Source: a virus. From it: a stretch of DNA of 42,992 bases. Both the position numbers and the translations under genes were made by a program. The stretch is from positions 1 through 42,992 of IMG/VR virus record IMGVR_UViG_3300022665_000250; one strand, 5' to 3'. Below the pieces are notes generated by a model. The model did not search any database, was not told the DNA's origin, and saw only the letters and a program-made list of their open reading frames with translations. This document shows, piece after piece, positions 1-9,418 of this stretch (position 1 is its first letter; every line of letters starts with the position of its first letter).

Positions 1-903
1 CTGGTTGAGATGATGCCGTTGTACGAATCTCAACTTGATGTCGTCGAAACTAATCAAGATCCCACATCAGAGGATTTCGGTCAGCCGAAAATGTATCAAT
101 TCAGCGGAGGAGTGGCAGGCACGCGGAATGAAGAGGTCAACAGGACATTCAACATCCATCCGTCACGCATTGTCATTGCATCAGAAGGCGCTGATAACGG
201 ATTTATTTACGGCGTATCATCACTAGAGGCTGTCTACAATTCACTGATGGATTTGCGGAAAATTGCTGGTGCTGGTGGTGAGGGATTTTATAAAAACGCG
301 GCGCAATCAATAGTATTTGATTTAAAAGATGCCGCGAGCGCAAAAAACAATGCAACTTTGTTGGATGAATTCAGCGAAAGCTATGATGATTTCGCTCAGA
401 ACAGAGCGCGACGGGCGATGTGGACGCCGGGATTAGAGGCCAAAGTGCTTGAGTCTTCTCTCTCTAATCCTAAAGAATTTTTCATGAATTCGCTAAATGA
501 TGTGGCTGCTGGCACCTCGCCTCCTACGCCTGCGACTATATTGATTGGTCAACAGACCGGACGATTAGCGAGCAACGAGGATTCAAGACAATTTCTATCG
601 GGTGTACAGTCAAGGCGTCTTAATTTCATGACATCAATGCTACGAGATGTCATTGACTGGCTAATCCTATTCGGGATTCTCCCTGCATCTGAATATGAGG
701 TTGAATGGGATGATTTGCTGGCGCGATCGGATGAGGAGAAATTGTCCAATGCTGATAAAATGGCGTCTGTGAACGATAAGCAGTTTAAGTCTGGCGGCGG
801 TGAAATCTTTGACGAAAATGAGATCCGTGAAGCTGCTGGATTTGAGGCTTTGGAAGATTTGCAGATTGAGAGTGAGGAATTGCCGGAAGAAGAGGACGAA
901 TGA
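1..903 (+). CDS. portal protein, 3' part (DUF1073-type); the 5' part of the same gene is at 42402..42848 because the contig is circularly permuted
   Basis: The frame of ORF 10..903 is open to the window edge. Nt 1-144 equal 42849-42992, where the same frame is open back to ATG 42402. The gene sits directly downstream of the terminase genes. Sequence looks like DUF1073 portals (recalled, not searched). Confidence 0.8.
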   Translation: MVEMMPLYESQLDVVETNQDPTSEDFGQPKMYQFSGGVAGTRNEEVNRTFNIHPSRIVIASEGADNGFIYGVSSLEAVYNSLMDLRKIAGAGGEGFYKNAAQSIVFDLKDAASAKNNATLLDEFSESYDDFAQNRARRAMWTPGLEAKVLESSLSNPKEFFMNSLNDVAAGTSPPTPATILIGQQTGRLASNEDSRQFLSGVQSRRLNFMTSMLRDVIDWLILFGILPASEYEVEWDDLLARSDEEKLSNADKMASVNDKQFKSGGGEIFDENEIREAAGFEALEDLQIESEELPEEEDE

Positions 904-989
904 TGGATGAGATTATAGTTGCGCTAGTGTTGATCGTTGCTGTTTCTGTCGTAGTATTAATTAACATCACGTTACACCGACACAAGTAA
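903..989 (+). CDS. 28-aa hydrophobic micro-ORF (MDEIIVALVLIVAVSVVVLINITLHRHK), single predicted TM segment
   Basis: Its ATG overlaps the portal stop (TGATG) and its stop overlaps the next start (TAATG). It exactly fills the portal/head-morphogenesis gap. It is below the 60-aa cutoff of the ORF track. Confidence 0.35.
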   Translation: MDEIIVALVLIVAVSVVVLINITLHRHK

Positions 990-1918
990 TGGCGCGTAAG
1001 ACAAAAGAGGATCCAACGGGCCAAGCGCGCAACCGTCAGAAAGGTGCGCGGGCCCTTGTCCGGCGGATTAATAGAGCAGAAATTCAAGTTAAAAAACTGT
1101 TCAGGGCGATACCCAGAGAGCGCAGACGAAAGGTTTCTATTGTCAATCAGGAAGAAACCGTTATTTATGATTACGATATCGACGACCAGGGATTAAGCTC
1201 ATTAGAGATGAGCGTTCTGTTCATTCTCAGCCTTGAATTGCTCCAGACTCAGATAGGCGTTATGCCGTTTGACTGGTTTTGGAAAAAACACATTGAGCCG
1301 GTGTACAGGCAGGGGACAGCGGAGGAGATAAGCCGAATAAATAGACTGATCAATGGCGTGATTGTCGATGGATTGCCGGTGCCCAAAGTGCCCATTGAAT
1401 CAGTATTGCTATCAGAGCCATATCGACAAGCGCTGAACAAGGCGCAGGTGTCTAATTTTTCGTCAATCAAAACATTGAGTGATCGGACCGCGGCCCAGGT
1501 TACGCAACAGCTAAACCTTGGCATTCAGGCTGGCAATACACCGACGGAGATAGCTGGCGTCATTACTGAGCGTTTCGACGTGTCTCGATCCAGTGCTGAG
1601 CGCATCGCTAGGACGGAGGTTAACAAAGCGTATAATGATGCTAAATTGAATGCCGTTGATGTTGCTGCTGAGCAAACTAAGCTTAGGGCGGGGGTAATAC
1701 ATATTTCTGCGTTAATACCGACGACTAGGTCTACACACGCAGCCAGGCACGGCAACGCCTATACTACAGCGGATCAAATGAAATGGTGGAATGAGGGGGC
1801 CAATCGAATAAACTGCTTGTGCAATACTGAGTCAGTATTGATTAATAGGGCCGGAAAAGTGGTTCAAAGCGAGTTTCAAGACAATATCAAATCACAAAGG
1901 GTGTTTTTTGATAATTAA
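989..1918 (+). CDS. head morphogenesis protein, SPP1 gp7 / Mu F family
   Basis: 309-aa ORF after the portal. Contains SAERIARTEVNKAYN and TRSTHAARHGN motifs typical of the Phage_Mu_F domain. Confidence 0.8.
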   Translation: MARKTKEDPTGQARNRQKGARALVRRINRAEIQVKKLFRAIPRERRRKVSIVNQEETVIYDYDIDDQGLSSLEMSVLFILSLELLQTQIGVMPFDWFWKKHIEPVYRQGTAEEISRINRLINGVIVDGLPVPKVPIESVLLSEPYRQALNKAQVSNFSSIKTLSDRTAAQVTQQLNLGIQAGNTPTEIAGVITERFDVSRSSAERIARTEVNKAYNDAKLNAVDVAAEQTKLRAGVIHISALIPTTRSTHAARHGNAYTTADQMKWWNEGANRINCLCNTESVLINRAGKVVQSEFQDNIKSQRVFFDN

Positions 1919-1935
1919 CAGGTTATATTACAGTA

Positions 1936-3300
1936 ATGATAGTCAATAAATCCAACCGGATTATGATCCAGTGTACGACGGTCGTCGCTCGTGATGCTGT
2001 CCGTCGCGAAAATATCAACGGCGTTGAGCATATAATCATTAGCTCGTTCACGCTGCCCGATAACATCGTTATGAATGGCGGGCTGTATCCTGCTGATGAA
2101 ATTGACAAATCATTTGAGACATTAGAGTTATCACTATCCCCCATCGAGCACCCAACAGATTCAAGCGGCAACTTCATTTCCGCTAAAGACCCTGACGCTA
2201 TTAATAATTTTTATGTCGGGGCATACAATAAAAACGTGCGGAAAGAAGGCAAGCGGGTACGTATTGACAAATATGTCAACGTGCAAGAGGCGCTGAAGAC
2301 AGACAAAGGCCATCGTCTGTTAGACCGCATTAAAGAAATCGAGACAAATGAAAAAGCCCGTCCTATTCACACATCTGTCGGCGTATTTTTACTCGTTGAG
2401 GATCTGGACGAGCCGCAAACTAACGCAGACGGCCAGGAATTCACATGGATTGCTCGTGACATGGTGTTTGACCATGATGCCATTCTGCTAGATTCCGTTG
2501 GCGCTGCTCAGCCTCACCAGGGCGTAGGCATGGCGGTGAATGGTCAGGATGATCCGTGTGAAGTCCAGACATACGTATTAAACTCAGACGATCATGATGA
2601 TGTCGTAAGGGCGAGAGATAGCACTACATGCAGCGATCACGGCCTATCCTTTGGCGAATTGCACAATGCAATATCAGAGGCGTTGGAACGTAGCGCTATA
2701 AATTTTGATTGGATCGAAGAAGTATTTCAAGACGAAGTAATCTTTGTTTCACGCGGGGACCTATTCACGGTCCCGTATCTATTAGACACAGAAAACGACA
2801 GAGTAACTATTGTTGGCATTCCGCTGCGTGTTGAGCGTAATGTAACATTTACCCCGAAAACAAACCGGAAAGGTGATTACGTGAAGGATGAAATCATTAA
2901 GGCATTGAAAGATGCTGCTATTGAAACGGATGGACTGGATGAAACCCAGTTGTTCGCTAAATACAATGAAATGCTTCAGGCGAATAAATCTAATGGCTCA
3001 GGCGATAGCGATGAATCGGCGGAACTTGCTGAAGTAGTCGCCAATGCCATAAAGCCATTGACAGAAAAGATTGATGGTCTGGAGGCGAAAATTAATCAGT
3101 CAGGTGAAACTGAGCTTGCTAGCTTAGCTGAACTGATCGGCAACAGTGATAAGTATCCTGGGATTGATGCCGATGCTGCCAAGCTTTTAGGCATTGAGAC
3201 ACTAAAGGGCATGGTGGCTAATTGCCAAGAGTCCTACGGCATTCCCAATTTCCATGTCGTTAACAATCAACAGTCGGTAGCTACCGACATGCCTGACTAG
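1936..3300 (+). CDS. DUF2213-like protein, putative prohead protease/scaffold fusion
   Basis: 454-aa ORF between the head morphogenesis and capsid genes. The N-terminal part resembles DUF2213 proteins that accompany DUF1073 portals. The acidic helical C-terminal part is scaffold-like. Confidence 0.5.
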   Translation: MIVNKSNRIMIQCTTVVARDAVRRENINGVEHIIISSFTLPDNIVMNGGLYPADEIDKSFETLELSLSPIEHPTDSSGNFISAKDPDAINNFYVGAYNKNVRKEGKRVRIDKYVNVQEALKTDKGHRLLDRIKEIETNEKARPIHTSVGVFLLVEDLDEPQTNADGQEFTWIARDMVFDHDAILLDSVGAAQPHQGVGMAVNGQDDPCEVQTYVLNSDDHDDVVRARDSTTCSDHGLSFGELHNAISEALERSAINFDWIEEVFQDEVIFVSRGDLFTVPYLLDTENDRVTIVGIPLRVERNVTFTPKTNRKGDYVKDEIIKALKDAAIETDGLDETQLFAKYNEMLQANKSNGSGDSDESAELAEVVANAIKPLTEKIDGLEAKINQSGETELASLAELIGNSDKYPGIDADAAKLLGIETLKGMVANCQESYGIPNFHVVNNQQSVATDMPD

Positions 3301-3308
3301 GAGGTCAT

Positions 3309-3770
3309 ATGTCGTTATTAGGTAAAAGAGTTATTTGGGTCGGCCCTGCTGACGGGTCAAATGCTAAGCCGCTGAATATTGAGGGTGTGGCTGTAGCAGC
3401 TATTGCGCCAGGCACTATTTTAAAACGCACGGCTGCAGGTCTGGACGCAAACGATGTAGCGGCGACCACATTCGGCGAGCAGTTAATCATCGCAGACAAA
3501 GATCAGCAGCGCTCATTGAGCGTCGATGACGCATGGACCATCAGCGAAAACATGGTTGGCATTGCGCTGAGGTCAGGCGAGTTTGCGAACGCATTGGTTG
3601 CTACTGGTCAGACATTGATCAGCGGTGATCCGTTATCAAGAAATGGCGCTGGTTTGCTTAAATTGGCGGTTACTCCGGCGACTGTTGGCGCGACTAGTGA
3701 AGAGATCGTCTGTTTTGCTGACGAAGCAATCACTACCACGGCAACGACATTAGTCCGCATCCGCAAATAG
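3309..3770 (+). CDS. small capsid-associated protein (decoration/auxiliary, DUF2190-like position)
   Basis: 153-aa Ala/Gly-rich ORF immediately upstream of the capsid gene. Assignment is positional only. Confidence 0.35.
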   Translation: MSLLGKRVIWVGPADGSNAKPLNIEGVAVAAIAPGTILKRTAAGLDANDVAATTFGEQLIIADKDQQRSLSVDDAWTISENMVGIALRSGEFANALVATGQTLISGDPLSRNGAGLLKLAVTPATVGATSEEIVCFADEAITTTATTLVRIRK

Positions 3771-3782
3771 TAAGGTGAATTT

Positions 3783-4838
3783 ATGATATTTTCAAAAAGT
3801 ATTATTGGCAATCAGAGATGTGGCGCTGATCAATGGAAAGACGTGATAGCTCTGCGGCTATCCTCTAGTCAGCATTCTATGTCGCTAAACGCAATGGCAG
3901 GCATACGTGTTAATGATGGCTTAATCCCTCGCGATGTATTTGTCGAGTTTGACAATACGACAGTCGAGCGTATGCGATCAGACGACGGAGACACATATCT
4001 GAATGATTTGTTGGCGCTGTCTAGCTCTGTGAGTATCGGTAAATTGGTGCATAGATTTCGCCAGGCTTCAGATGCGGGTGTGGCACAGACATCAATGACG
4101 GGTCAAACAGGCGTGAAAATGGATCAGGTTGAGTTCTCTTTTGATGGCTCTATCATCCCGATTCACGACGCAGGGTTTAAGCGAAATTTCAGAGAAAAGG
4201 AAGCTATGAGTTCTGAAGGTTTTGACGCTTTGATCGATGATCAGCGCGAAACCGTTGCTACTGTTCGACGCAAATTGGCTGACAATTTCCTTGATGGTCA
4301 CACTGATGTCGATGGAAATATCATTGTTGTAGACGGCGTAAGCTGGTCTGGAATGCGGAATGATAGCCGGGTTGCTCAGGTTAACCTTGGCGCGGCCGGT
4401 ATTAATTTCGATTTTACCGACACGACTAAGACCGGCGCTGAAAATAAAAACGCTTTTATCCAGGTTCGAGATATTCTTTTCATCACTAACAAGTGTGAGC
4501 AGGATGCGACTTATTATGTTAGTCGAGAAATCATGTCAAACTGGGAGCGTAAGTTTAGCGCGCAATATGACGCTAAATTGATTTCTCAAGAGCTTGCTCA
4601 GCTAATGGGTGTTGCTGCTATTAAAGTTAGCTCAAAGCTCACAGGTAACGAGCTAATGGCATTCCCGCTCGACCGAAACAGGATTAGACCTGTTGTGGGA
4701 ATGGGCCTAAATACTGTCGCAATGCCGCGGACCGCTTACAACTCCGATCACATGTTTGTAACATGGGGAGCTATTGGCTTTGAGGTTCGAGCCGATTTTG
4801 CCGGTAACACATGCGCATTGTTTGCTGACGTAACTTAA
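3783..4838 (+). CDS. major capsid protein (DUF2184-like, HK97 fold expected)
   Basis: 351-aa ORF with AAGGTG 6 nt upstream of the ATG. Size and position within the portal/DUF2213/capsid module fit a capsid gene, and a terminator follows the next small gene. Confidence 0.65.
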   Translation: MIFSKSIIGNQRCGADQWKDVIALRLSSSQHSMSLNAMAGIRVNDGLIPRDVFVEFDNTTVERMRSDDGDTYLNDLLALSSSVSIGKLVHRFRQASDAGVAQTSMTGQTGVKMDQVEFSFDGSIIPIHDAGFKRNFREKEAMSSEGFDALIDDQRETVATVRRKLADNFLDGHTDVDGNIIVVDGVSWSGMRNDSRVAQVNLGAAGINFDFTDTTKTGAENKNAFIQVRDILFITNKCEQDATYYVSREIMSNWERKFSAQYDAKLISQELAQLMGVAAIKVSSKLTGNELMAFPLDRNRIRPVVGMGLNTVAMPRTAYNSDHMFVTWGAIGFEVRADFAGNTCALFADVT

Positions 4839-4849
4839 AGGGATACATC

Positions 4850-5188
4850 ATGGCATCGCAGAAAAAAGCAACACACATTATGGTCCACAAGAACCAGTAC
4901 ATGGCTATTGGTGGCAAGATGCAGCGTATTCCTGTTGGCACTGAAGTGACATTGACAGGCGCCACGGCTAAGGCAATGGAATCGAAGGGCAGAGTCCGGA
5001 AAATCGGCGACCAGAAAGCTGTTGATCTGACGCCTGATCCTGAAGCCATTGAGCGGGCGGAACAGTCGGAGAAAACGGCCATTGAGCGCGCGGAGTTGGC
5101 AGAGAAAACCGCTAAAGAGGCCATTGAACGGGCTGAGTTGGCCGAAAGCACATTGGAAGAATTGACGGCTAACACTTCGAAAAAGTAA
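4850..5188 (+). CDS. hypothetical coiled-coil protein with three AIERAE(L/Q) repeats
   Basis: 112-aa ORF containing AIERAEQSEKTAIERAELAEKTAKEAIERAELAE. It is the last gene before terminator 5208..5230. Confidence 0.6.
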   Translation: MASQKKATHIMVHKNQYMAIGGKMQRIPVGTEVTLTGATAKAMESKGRVRKIGDQKAVDLTPDPEAIERAEQSEKTAIERAELAEKTAKEAIERAELAESTLEELTANTSKK

Positions 5189-5207
5189 TTCAATGTTGTA
5201 AATGACA

Positions 5208-5230
5208 GGGCTGCTTATGCGGCCCTTTCT
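5208..5230 (+). terminator. rho-independent terminator after the capsid block
   Basis: GGGCTGC-ttat-GCGGCCC forms a 7-bp stem with one G.T pair, followed by TTTCT. It starts 20 nt after the stop of 4850..5188. Confidence 0.6.
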
Positions 5231-5245
5231 AATGTCGGATATATA

Positions 5246-6949
5246 ATGGCTGATACGCTGAGCAACATAGAGATACCTACAAAAGATTGGGTTGATCTAT
5301 ATGATTTATCGGGTCTACAGGTAGGCACAAGAATATCAGTCGAGAACATTAGCGTTTGTGATATCTATCTAGCTGTCCAAGAAACACAACCGGCAGTTGA
5401 TCATGATTCCTTTACGATTATTCAACGTGACAATGGGTTGGTATTTACTACTGGCCCGGGCGCTGCTGGGCTATGGGCGTTTTGTAACAATGACGGCGCT
5501 AAAGTAAATGTTATTTTTGAGGGATTGGTCAAAGATGAGCCGTTAACATCATTTGGCGAAAGATCCGTTGCAGAAAATACGCCGGTCGCTCAGATCAGCG
5601 CAGAATATGGGATATTGGAAAAAGCGGAACCAATAACCATTTTGACAGGCAATGTCAGCCCTGACGGGTCATTATTCGTTGCTTCGACTGGCATTGACCC
5701 TAACGCATTTGCTCTAATATTAACGCGTCATCAAGTTAAATATAGACCAGGACAAGGACTGCTAGGCAGAGTTGATGCCATATTTGATACACCTCAGATT
5801 GATAGCAATCAGGAAGCCGGGTTAATAATAACCACTGATCGGATGTGTTTTGGATTCAACGCGGCGGGTGTTTTTGGCATCATATATAAACACAACGGCG
5901 AAGCTGAAATACAAGAATTAACTATCACCACGCCTGCTACATCTTCCGAATCTGCAACGATTACCGTTAATGGCACGGCGTTAACAGTCCCATTGACGGC
6001 AGGAACGGTTAATCATAATGCATTTGAGATATCGGTATCGCTGAACAGCCAAGTTGCTGATTATGATTTTTCATCAAATGACAATCAAGTTGTTGCCAGG
6101 TCATTAGTTGCCATTCCTGCTGGGGCTTTTGCATTTAGCAGCTCAACGGCAGTAGCTACATGGGCACAAATAGAAGCGGGCGTTGAACCTTTAAATTCAT
6201 CTATTGTTCAAACAGATTGGAATATAGATAAACGACCTGATTTGGACCCGTTTAAAGGCAATGTTTATCAAATCAATTATATGGGATTCGGCGCAATAGA
6301 TTTTTCGATTGAGGATAATGAGACAGGGAAGTTAGTTCTTGTCCATCGCATTAAATTTGCGAACACTTCAGTGATTCCGTCAATTGGAAACCCTACATTT
6401 CGCGTTGGATGGCTCACTTTCAATGAAGGCAATACTACATCTGTCAGTATCAAAGGTTCATCAGCTGCCGGGTTTATTGAAGGCAAAGTGGTGCATACTG
6501 AAGCGCCTAGAGCGGATAAAAACACTAATACTTCAGTACCTGCTTCCCCTAGTTCGCCTGTTAATCTACTAACTTTAAGAAATCGGTTTGTATTCGGTAC
6601 AAGGCGAAATCGCGCTGAAACTTTCGGCATCAGTCTGACTGCGGCAACAGACAGCAATAAGGCGGTTCTTGTTGATGTATTAACAGGCGCCGTTATTTCG
6701 GGTGATTTGGATTTCCAATATATTGACAAAGCGAATTCGACGACTGAGGTGGCCAAAGATGGTGGCGAGGTAACAGGTGGGCGTCTTGTTGCCAGTATTA
6801 CTATTCCGCCGGATGGCGGCGAACCATTCAATCTAGAACGACTTTCATCATTGATTTTACCGGGTGAAACTGTGACTATAAGTGCCGTAATGGTCGCTGG
6901 CGCAGCGTCTTCGGTGACCGTAACCATAGTTTTCCAAGAGGATTTGTAG
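5246..6949 (+). CDS. large virion-associated hypothetical protein (567 aa)
   Basis: Long ORF in the structural block between the capsid terminator and the connector genes. No recognisable motif. Confidence 0.55.
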   Translation: MADTLSNIEIPTKDWVDLYDLSGLQVGTRISVENISVCDIYLAVQETQPAVDHDSFTIIQRDNGLVFTTGPGAAGLWAFCNNDGAKVNVIFEGLVKDEPLTSFGERSVAENTPVAQISAEYGILEKAEPITILTGNVSPDGSLFVASTGIDPNAFALILTRHQVKYRPGQGLLGRVDAIFDTPQIDSNQEAGLIITTDRMCFGFNAAGVFGIIYKHNGEAEIQELTITTPATSSESATITVNGTALTVPLTAGTVNHNAFEISVSLNSQVADYDFSSNDNQVVARSLVAIPAGAFAFSSSTAVATWAQIEAGVEPLNSSIVQTDWNIDKRPDLDPFKGNVYQINYMGFGAIDFSIEDNETGKLVLVHRIKFANTSVIPSIGNPTFRVGWLTFNEGNTTSVSIKGSSAAGFIEGKVVHTEAPRADKNTNTSVPASPSSPVNLLTLRNRFVFGTRRNRAETFGISLTAATDSNKAVLVDVLTGAVISGDLDFQYIDKANSTTEVAKDGGEVTGGRLVASITIPPDGGEPFNLERLSSLILPGETVTISAVMVAGAASSVTVTIVFQEDL

Positions 6950-6951
6950 CG

Positions 6952-7359
6952 ATGGCTGCTCGAGTCACATCAACAGAAGTACGGGTTATCCTCCCGACGT
7001 CCACGACATTGACAGACGCGCAGATTGATGGTGCTATTGCTGGCGCCACATGTGTTGTCGATCAAGCGGAATTGGATTGTTCATCGCATTTGACCGAAGA
7101 TTGCTTGAAGCAAGTTGAGTTGTATTTATCGGCTCATTTTGCGGCGGTGACTGAGAATACTCTAGCTCTAGTATCAGAGACTGACGCATGCACGGGTAGC
7201 AATGCGGTTTATGCCTTTAAGTTTGGTGATGGTGTCAAAGGCACACCATTTGGTATTGTGGCTAATACGATATCTGGCGGCTGTCTAGCCGAACAAGACA
7301 AACAACCTATCAGTTTTAATTCCATTGGAACACATGGCGATGACTCTGCTTGCGCATAG
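6952..7359 (+). CDS. head-tail connector/adaptor (DUF4054-like)
   Basis: 135-aa ORF. The N-terminal TxxEVRxxLP and LYLSAHF motifs resemble DUF4054 head-tail connector proteins, and the position fits. Confidence 0.5.
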   Translation: MAARVTSTEVRVILPTSTTLTDAQIDGAIAGATCVVDQAELDCSSHLTEDCLKQVELYLSAHFAAVTENTLALVSETDACTGSNAVYAFKFGDGVKGTPFGIVANTISGGCLAEQDKQPISFNSIGTHGDDSACA

Positions 7360-7699
7360 TCTAGCCAAATGCGGCCAGGACATTACCCTACAGAATAGGA
7401 ACATCAAGCCGCCTGTGTTTGGTTCTGTTGATGCAGGAATGACCTTTTCAGGTGACAATACTGTCCAAGCAATTGTTAAGACTGAACGTGGTAAAACACT
7501 GTTTGACGGCGTATCAATAGATCAAGTCATCACCCATAGAATCACCTTAGAATTCATTGTAGGCGTCACCGCCGAGACATGGATACTGTTTAATGGCCGT
7601 CGATTTGATATTCTCGATGTTGAAAATTGCGGCGAGAAAGATGAAGTTTTAATTCTACGTTGCAATGATCGCGGCACCCAAGAATCGAGCAAAGCCTGA
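7334..7699 (+). CDS. head closure / head-tail joining protein (Phage_H_T_join-like)
   Basis: The C-terminal ...GRRFDILDVENCGEKDEVLILRC is typical of head-tail adaptor proteins. The ORF track starts at TTG 7325; I prefer the first ATG at 7334. Confidence 0.55.
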   Translation: MAMTLLAHSLAKCGQDITLQNRNIKPPVFGSVDAGMTFSGDNTVQAIVKTERGKTLFDGVSIDQVITHRITLEFIVGVTAETWILFNGRRFDILDVENCGEKDEVLILRCNDRGTQESSKA

Positions 7700-8160
7700 T
7701 GGCTGATGGCATTGAAATAGTTGGCAGAGAGGCATTAATTAAAGCTCTAAATATTGGTCCCATTACTGCAAGAGCGGCTGAACGTGCGTGGTGGTTTTCG
7801 GGCCGAGACTTACGGAAAGCTGCTAGTGATGAGATATTACGCAAACCTAAAAGCGGTCGCTTATACATCACCCGTGATAGGGCAGGCAGACGCCGACGGC
7901 ATGTAGCATCCGAGGCTGGAGAGACCCACGCTAATTTTTCCGGCGCATTGAGGCGCTCGATTGATTTTAAGGTTAGAGGATCTAAGCAATTAGAATTTGG
8001 ATACGGAATTACTAAAGGCAACGCGCCGGAATACGCTCCATTTGTTGAATTTGGCACTCAGCGTATGAAGGCTAGGCCCAGCCTGCAAAATGCAATAAGG
8101 GCATCCAGACGAAACATTATTGCGAATTTTAACCGCAGCATCAGGAATGCGTTCGAATGA
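7699..8160 (+). CDS. HK97 gp10-family tail/neck component
   Basis: Contains the APEYAPFVEFGTQRMKARP motif characteristic of the HK97 gp10 family. ATGA overlaps at both ends. Confidence 0.75.
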   Translation: MADGIEIVGREALIKALNIGPITARAAERAWWFSGRDLRKAASDEILRKPKSGRLYITRDRAGRRRRHVASEAGETHANFSGALRRSIDFKVRGSKQLEFGYGITKGNAPEYAPFVEFGTQRMKARPSLQNAIRASRRNIIANFNRSIRNAFE

Positions 8161-9251
8161 TTGCTCAAGAAATAGTTAATCAGTTAGCGGCCATATTGCC
8201 TTCATTGGTTGATGATTTCACTGATTCCAATGCTGTCAGTAGTTTGACAAGATCTGGAACCACGGTCACAGTGACCACATCAGCAGTTCATGGTTTATCA
8301 GTCGGCGAAGCCGTTAATATTACCGGGGCAATTACGCCGATAACTATTAGTAGCCTGACACGAGTTGGTATTGTTGGGACGCTGGTGACTGCAGCTGATC
8401 ATGACATGACTGAAAACGCTGGTTTTTCTGTCGTAATAGAAGGCGCGACGGAATCAGAGTTCAACGGTACTTTTGAATTATTGAAAGTCACAAACCGTCG
8501 AACAATCACCTTTGAAATGCCTGACAGCGGGGCGACAACTGCGACAGGCACGCCGTTATTAACTAGCGGGTCTAGTCCGTTACAGAGCTACAACGGACTG
8601 CAGGACGTCACCGCGACGCCCACAACAACATCGTTTGAATATGAAGTTTCCGATTCAACATTATTTACGCCGGCAAGCGGGACTATTGTTGCCAAAACAG
8701 CACCCAGGATATCCGCAGCGGTTGACATTGATCGAGTTTTTGACGCATACACAAAACAAACTATAGACGATGCTTGGTTATTTGTTGTTCTTGGTGACGG
8801 TGTTGCCAACAAAAATAAAAACATTGACCTTGACGGCGTGAACAATTTGCAACGCGGTCAATTTTTTGATCAGCGAGTTATTCAGGGTGTTAGCGTTTAT
8901 TTATTCCTGCCTACTGCCGATCAGATATTAGCGCGTAATGCTAGGGACCGGGCCCAAGAATTATTAAGGCCGATTTGCCGGTCAATATTAATGGGAAAGT
9001 TTGAAACTCAACTGGCCGAAGGTGTACAAAATCCCCTGCAATTCACTGGGCATGGTTTTCAGGCGTACAATACGGCAATATATGTCCATCGATATGACTT
9101 TGAAGCGTTAGAGCAATTGACTCAGGATGATATATTTAATCCTACTGACGATGTGGCGTTTAGGGATATCAGCGTAAAAAGTATACTGGACATTGATACG
9201 CAGGTTGAAACCATTGAAACCGAGATTGATTTAGACGAGGAGCCATTATAG
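8157..9251 (+). CDS. putative tail terminator/completion protein (Mu gp37 position) with inserted beta-domain
   Basis: 364-aa ORF two genes upstream of the sheath gene. Residues ~32-134 carry a repeat domain that is also present twice in baseplate J (17481..19034). Confidence 0.4.
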   Translation: MIAQEIVNQLAAILPSLVDDFTDSNAVSSLTRSGTTVTVTTSAVHGLSVGEAVNITGAITPITISSLTRVGIVGTLVTAADHDMTENAGFSVVIEGATESEFNGTFELLKVTNRRTITFEMPDSGATTATGTPLLTSGSSPLQSYNGLQDVTATPTTTSFEYEVSDSTLFTPASGTIVAKTAPRISAAVDIDRVFDAYTKQTIDDAWLFVVLGDGVANKNKNIDLDGVNNLQRGQFFDQRVIQGVSVYLFLPTADQILARNARDRAQELLRPICRSILMGKFETQLAEGVQNPLQFTGHGFQAYNTAIYVHRYDFEALEQLTQDDIFNPTDDVAFRDISVKSILDIDTQVETIETEIDLDEEPL

Positions 9252-9418
9252 TGAAACTCAAAATAAACAACGTGAAAGGTTACCGATTGGGCCAGGTGGT
9301 CACTGTACAAACAGACGGTGACGGCATACCATTAGACAAATTTTGGCGTCGTCGTCTCAAAGATTCTAAAATTGACAATTGTGTTGAGGCCGTCCAGCCG
9401 AAAAAGGAGCATAAGTAA
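9251..9418 (+). CDS. small protein, Mu gp38 / DUF2635-like
   Basis: GTG start overlapping the upstream stop (TAGTG) and a TAATG overlap with the sheath start; 55 aa. The motif DGDGIPLDKFWRRRLKD matches the pattern of the short protein preceding Mu-type sheath genes. Confidence 0.45.
   Translation: MKLKINNVKGYRLGQVVTVQTDGDGIPLDKFWRRRLKDSKIDNCVEAVQPKKEHK

Noticed and set aside
6277-6927. Long antisense ORFs inside structural genes (6277..6927, 7590..8057, 13630..14193, 19841..20335, 21970..22359, 4771..5193) and inside the coiled-coil gene (25149..25545).
   Set aside because: Each is fully embedded antisense or out of frame within a longer, co-oriented, functionally assignable gene. Their compositions are low-complexity mirror images of the sense frame.
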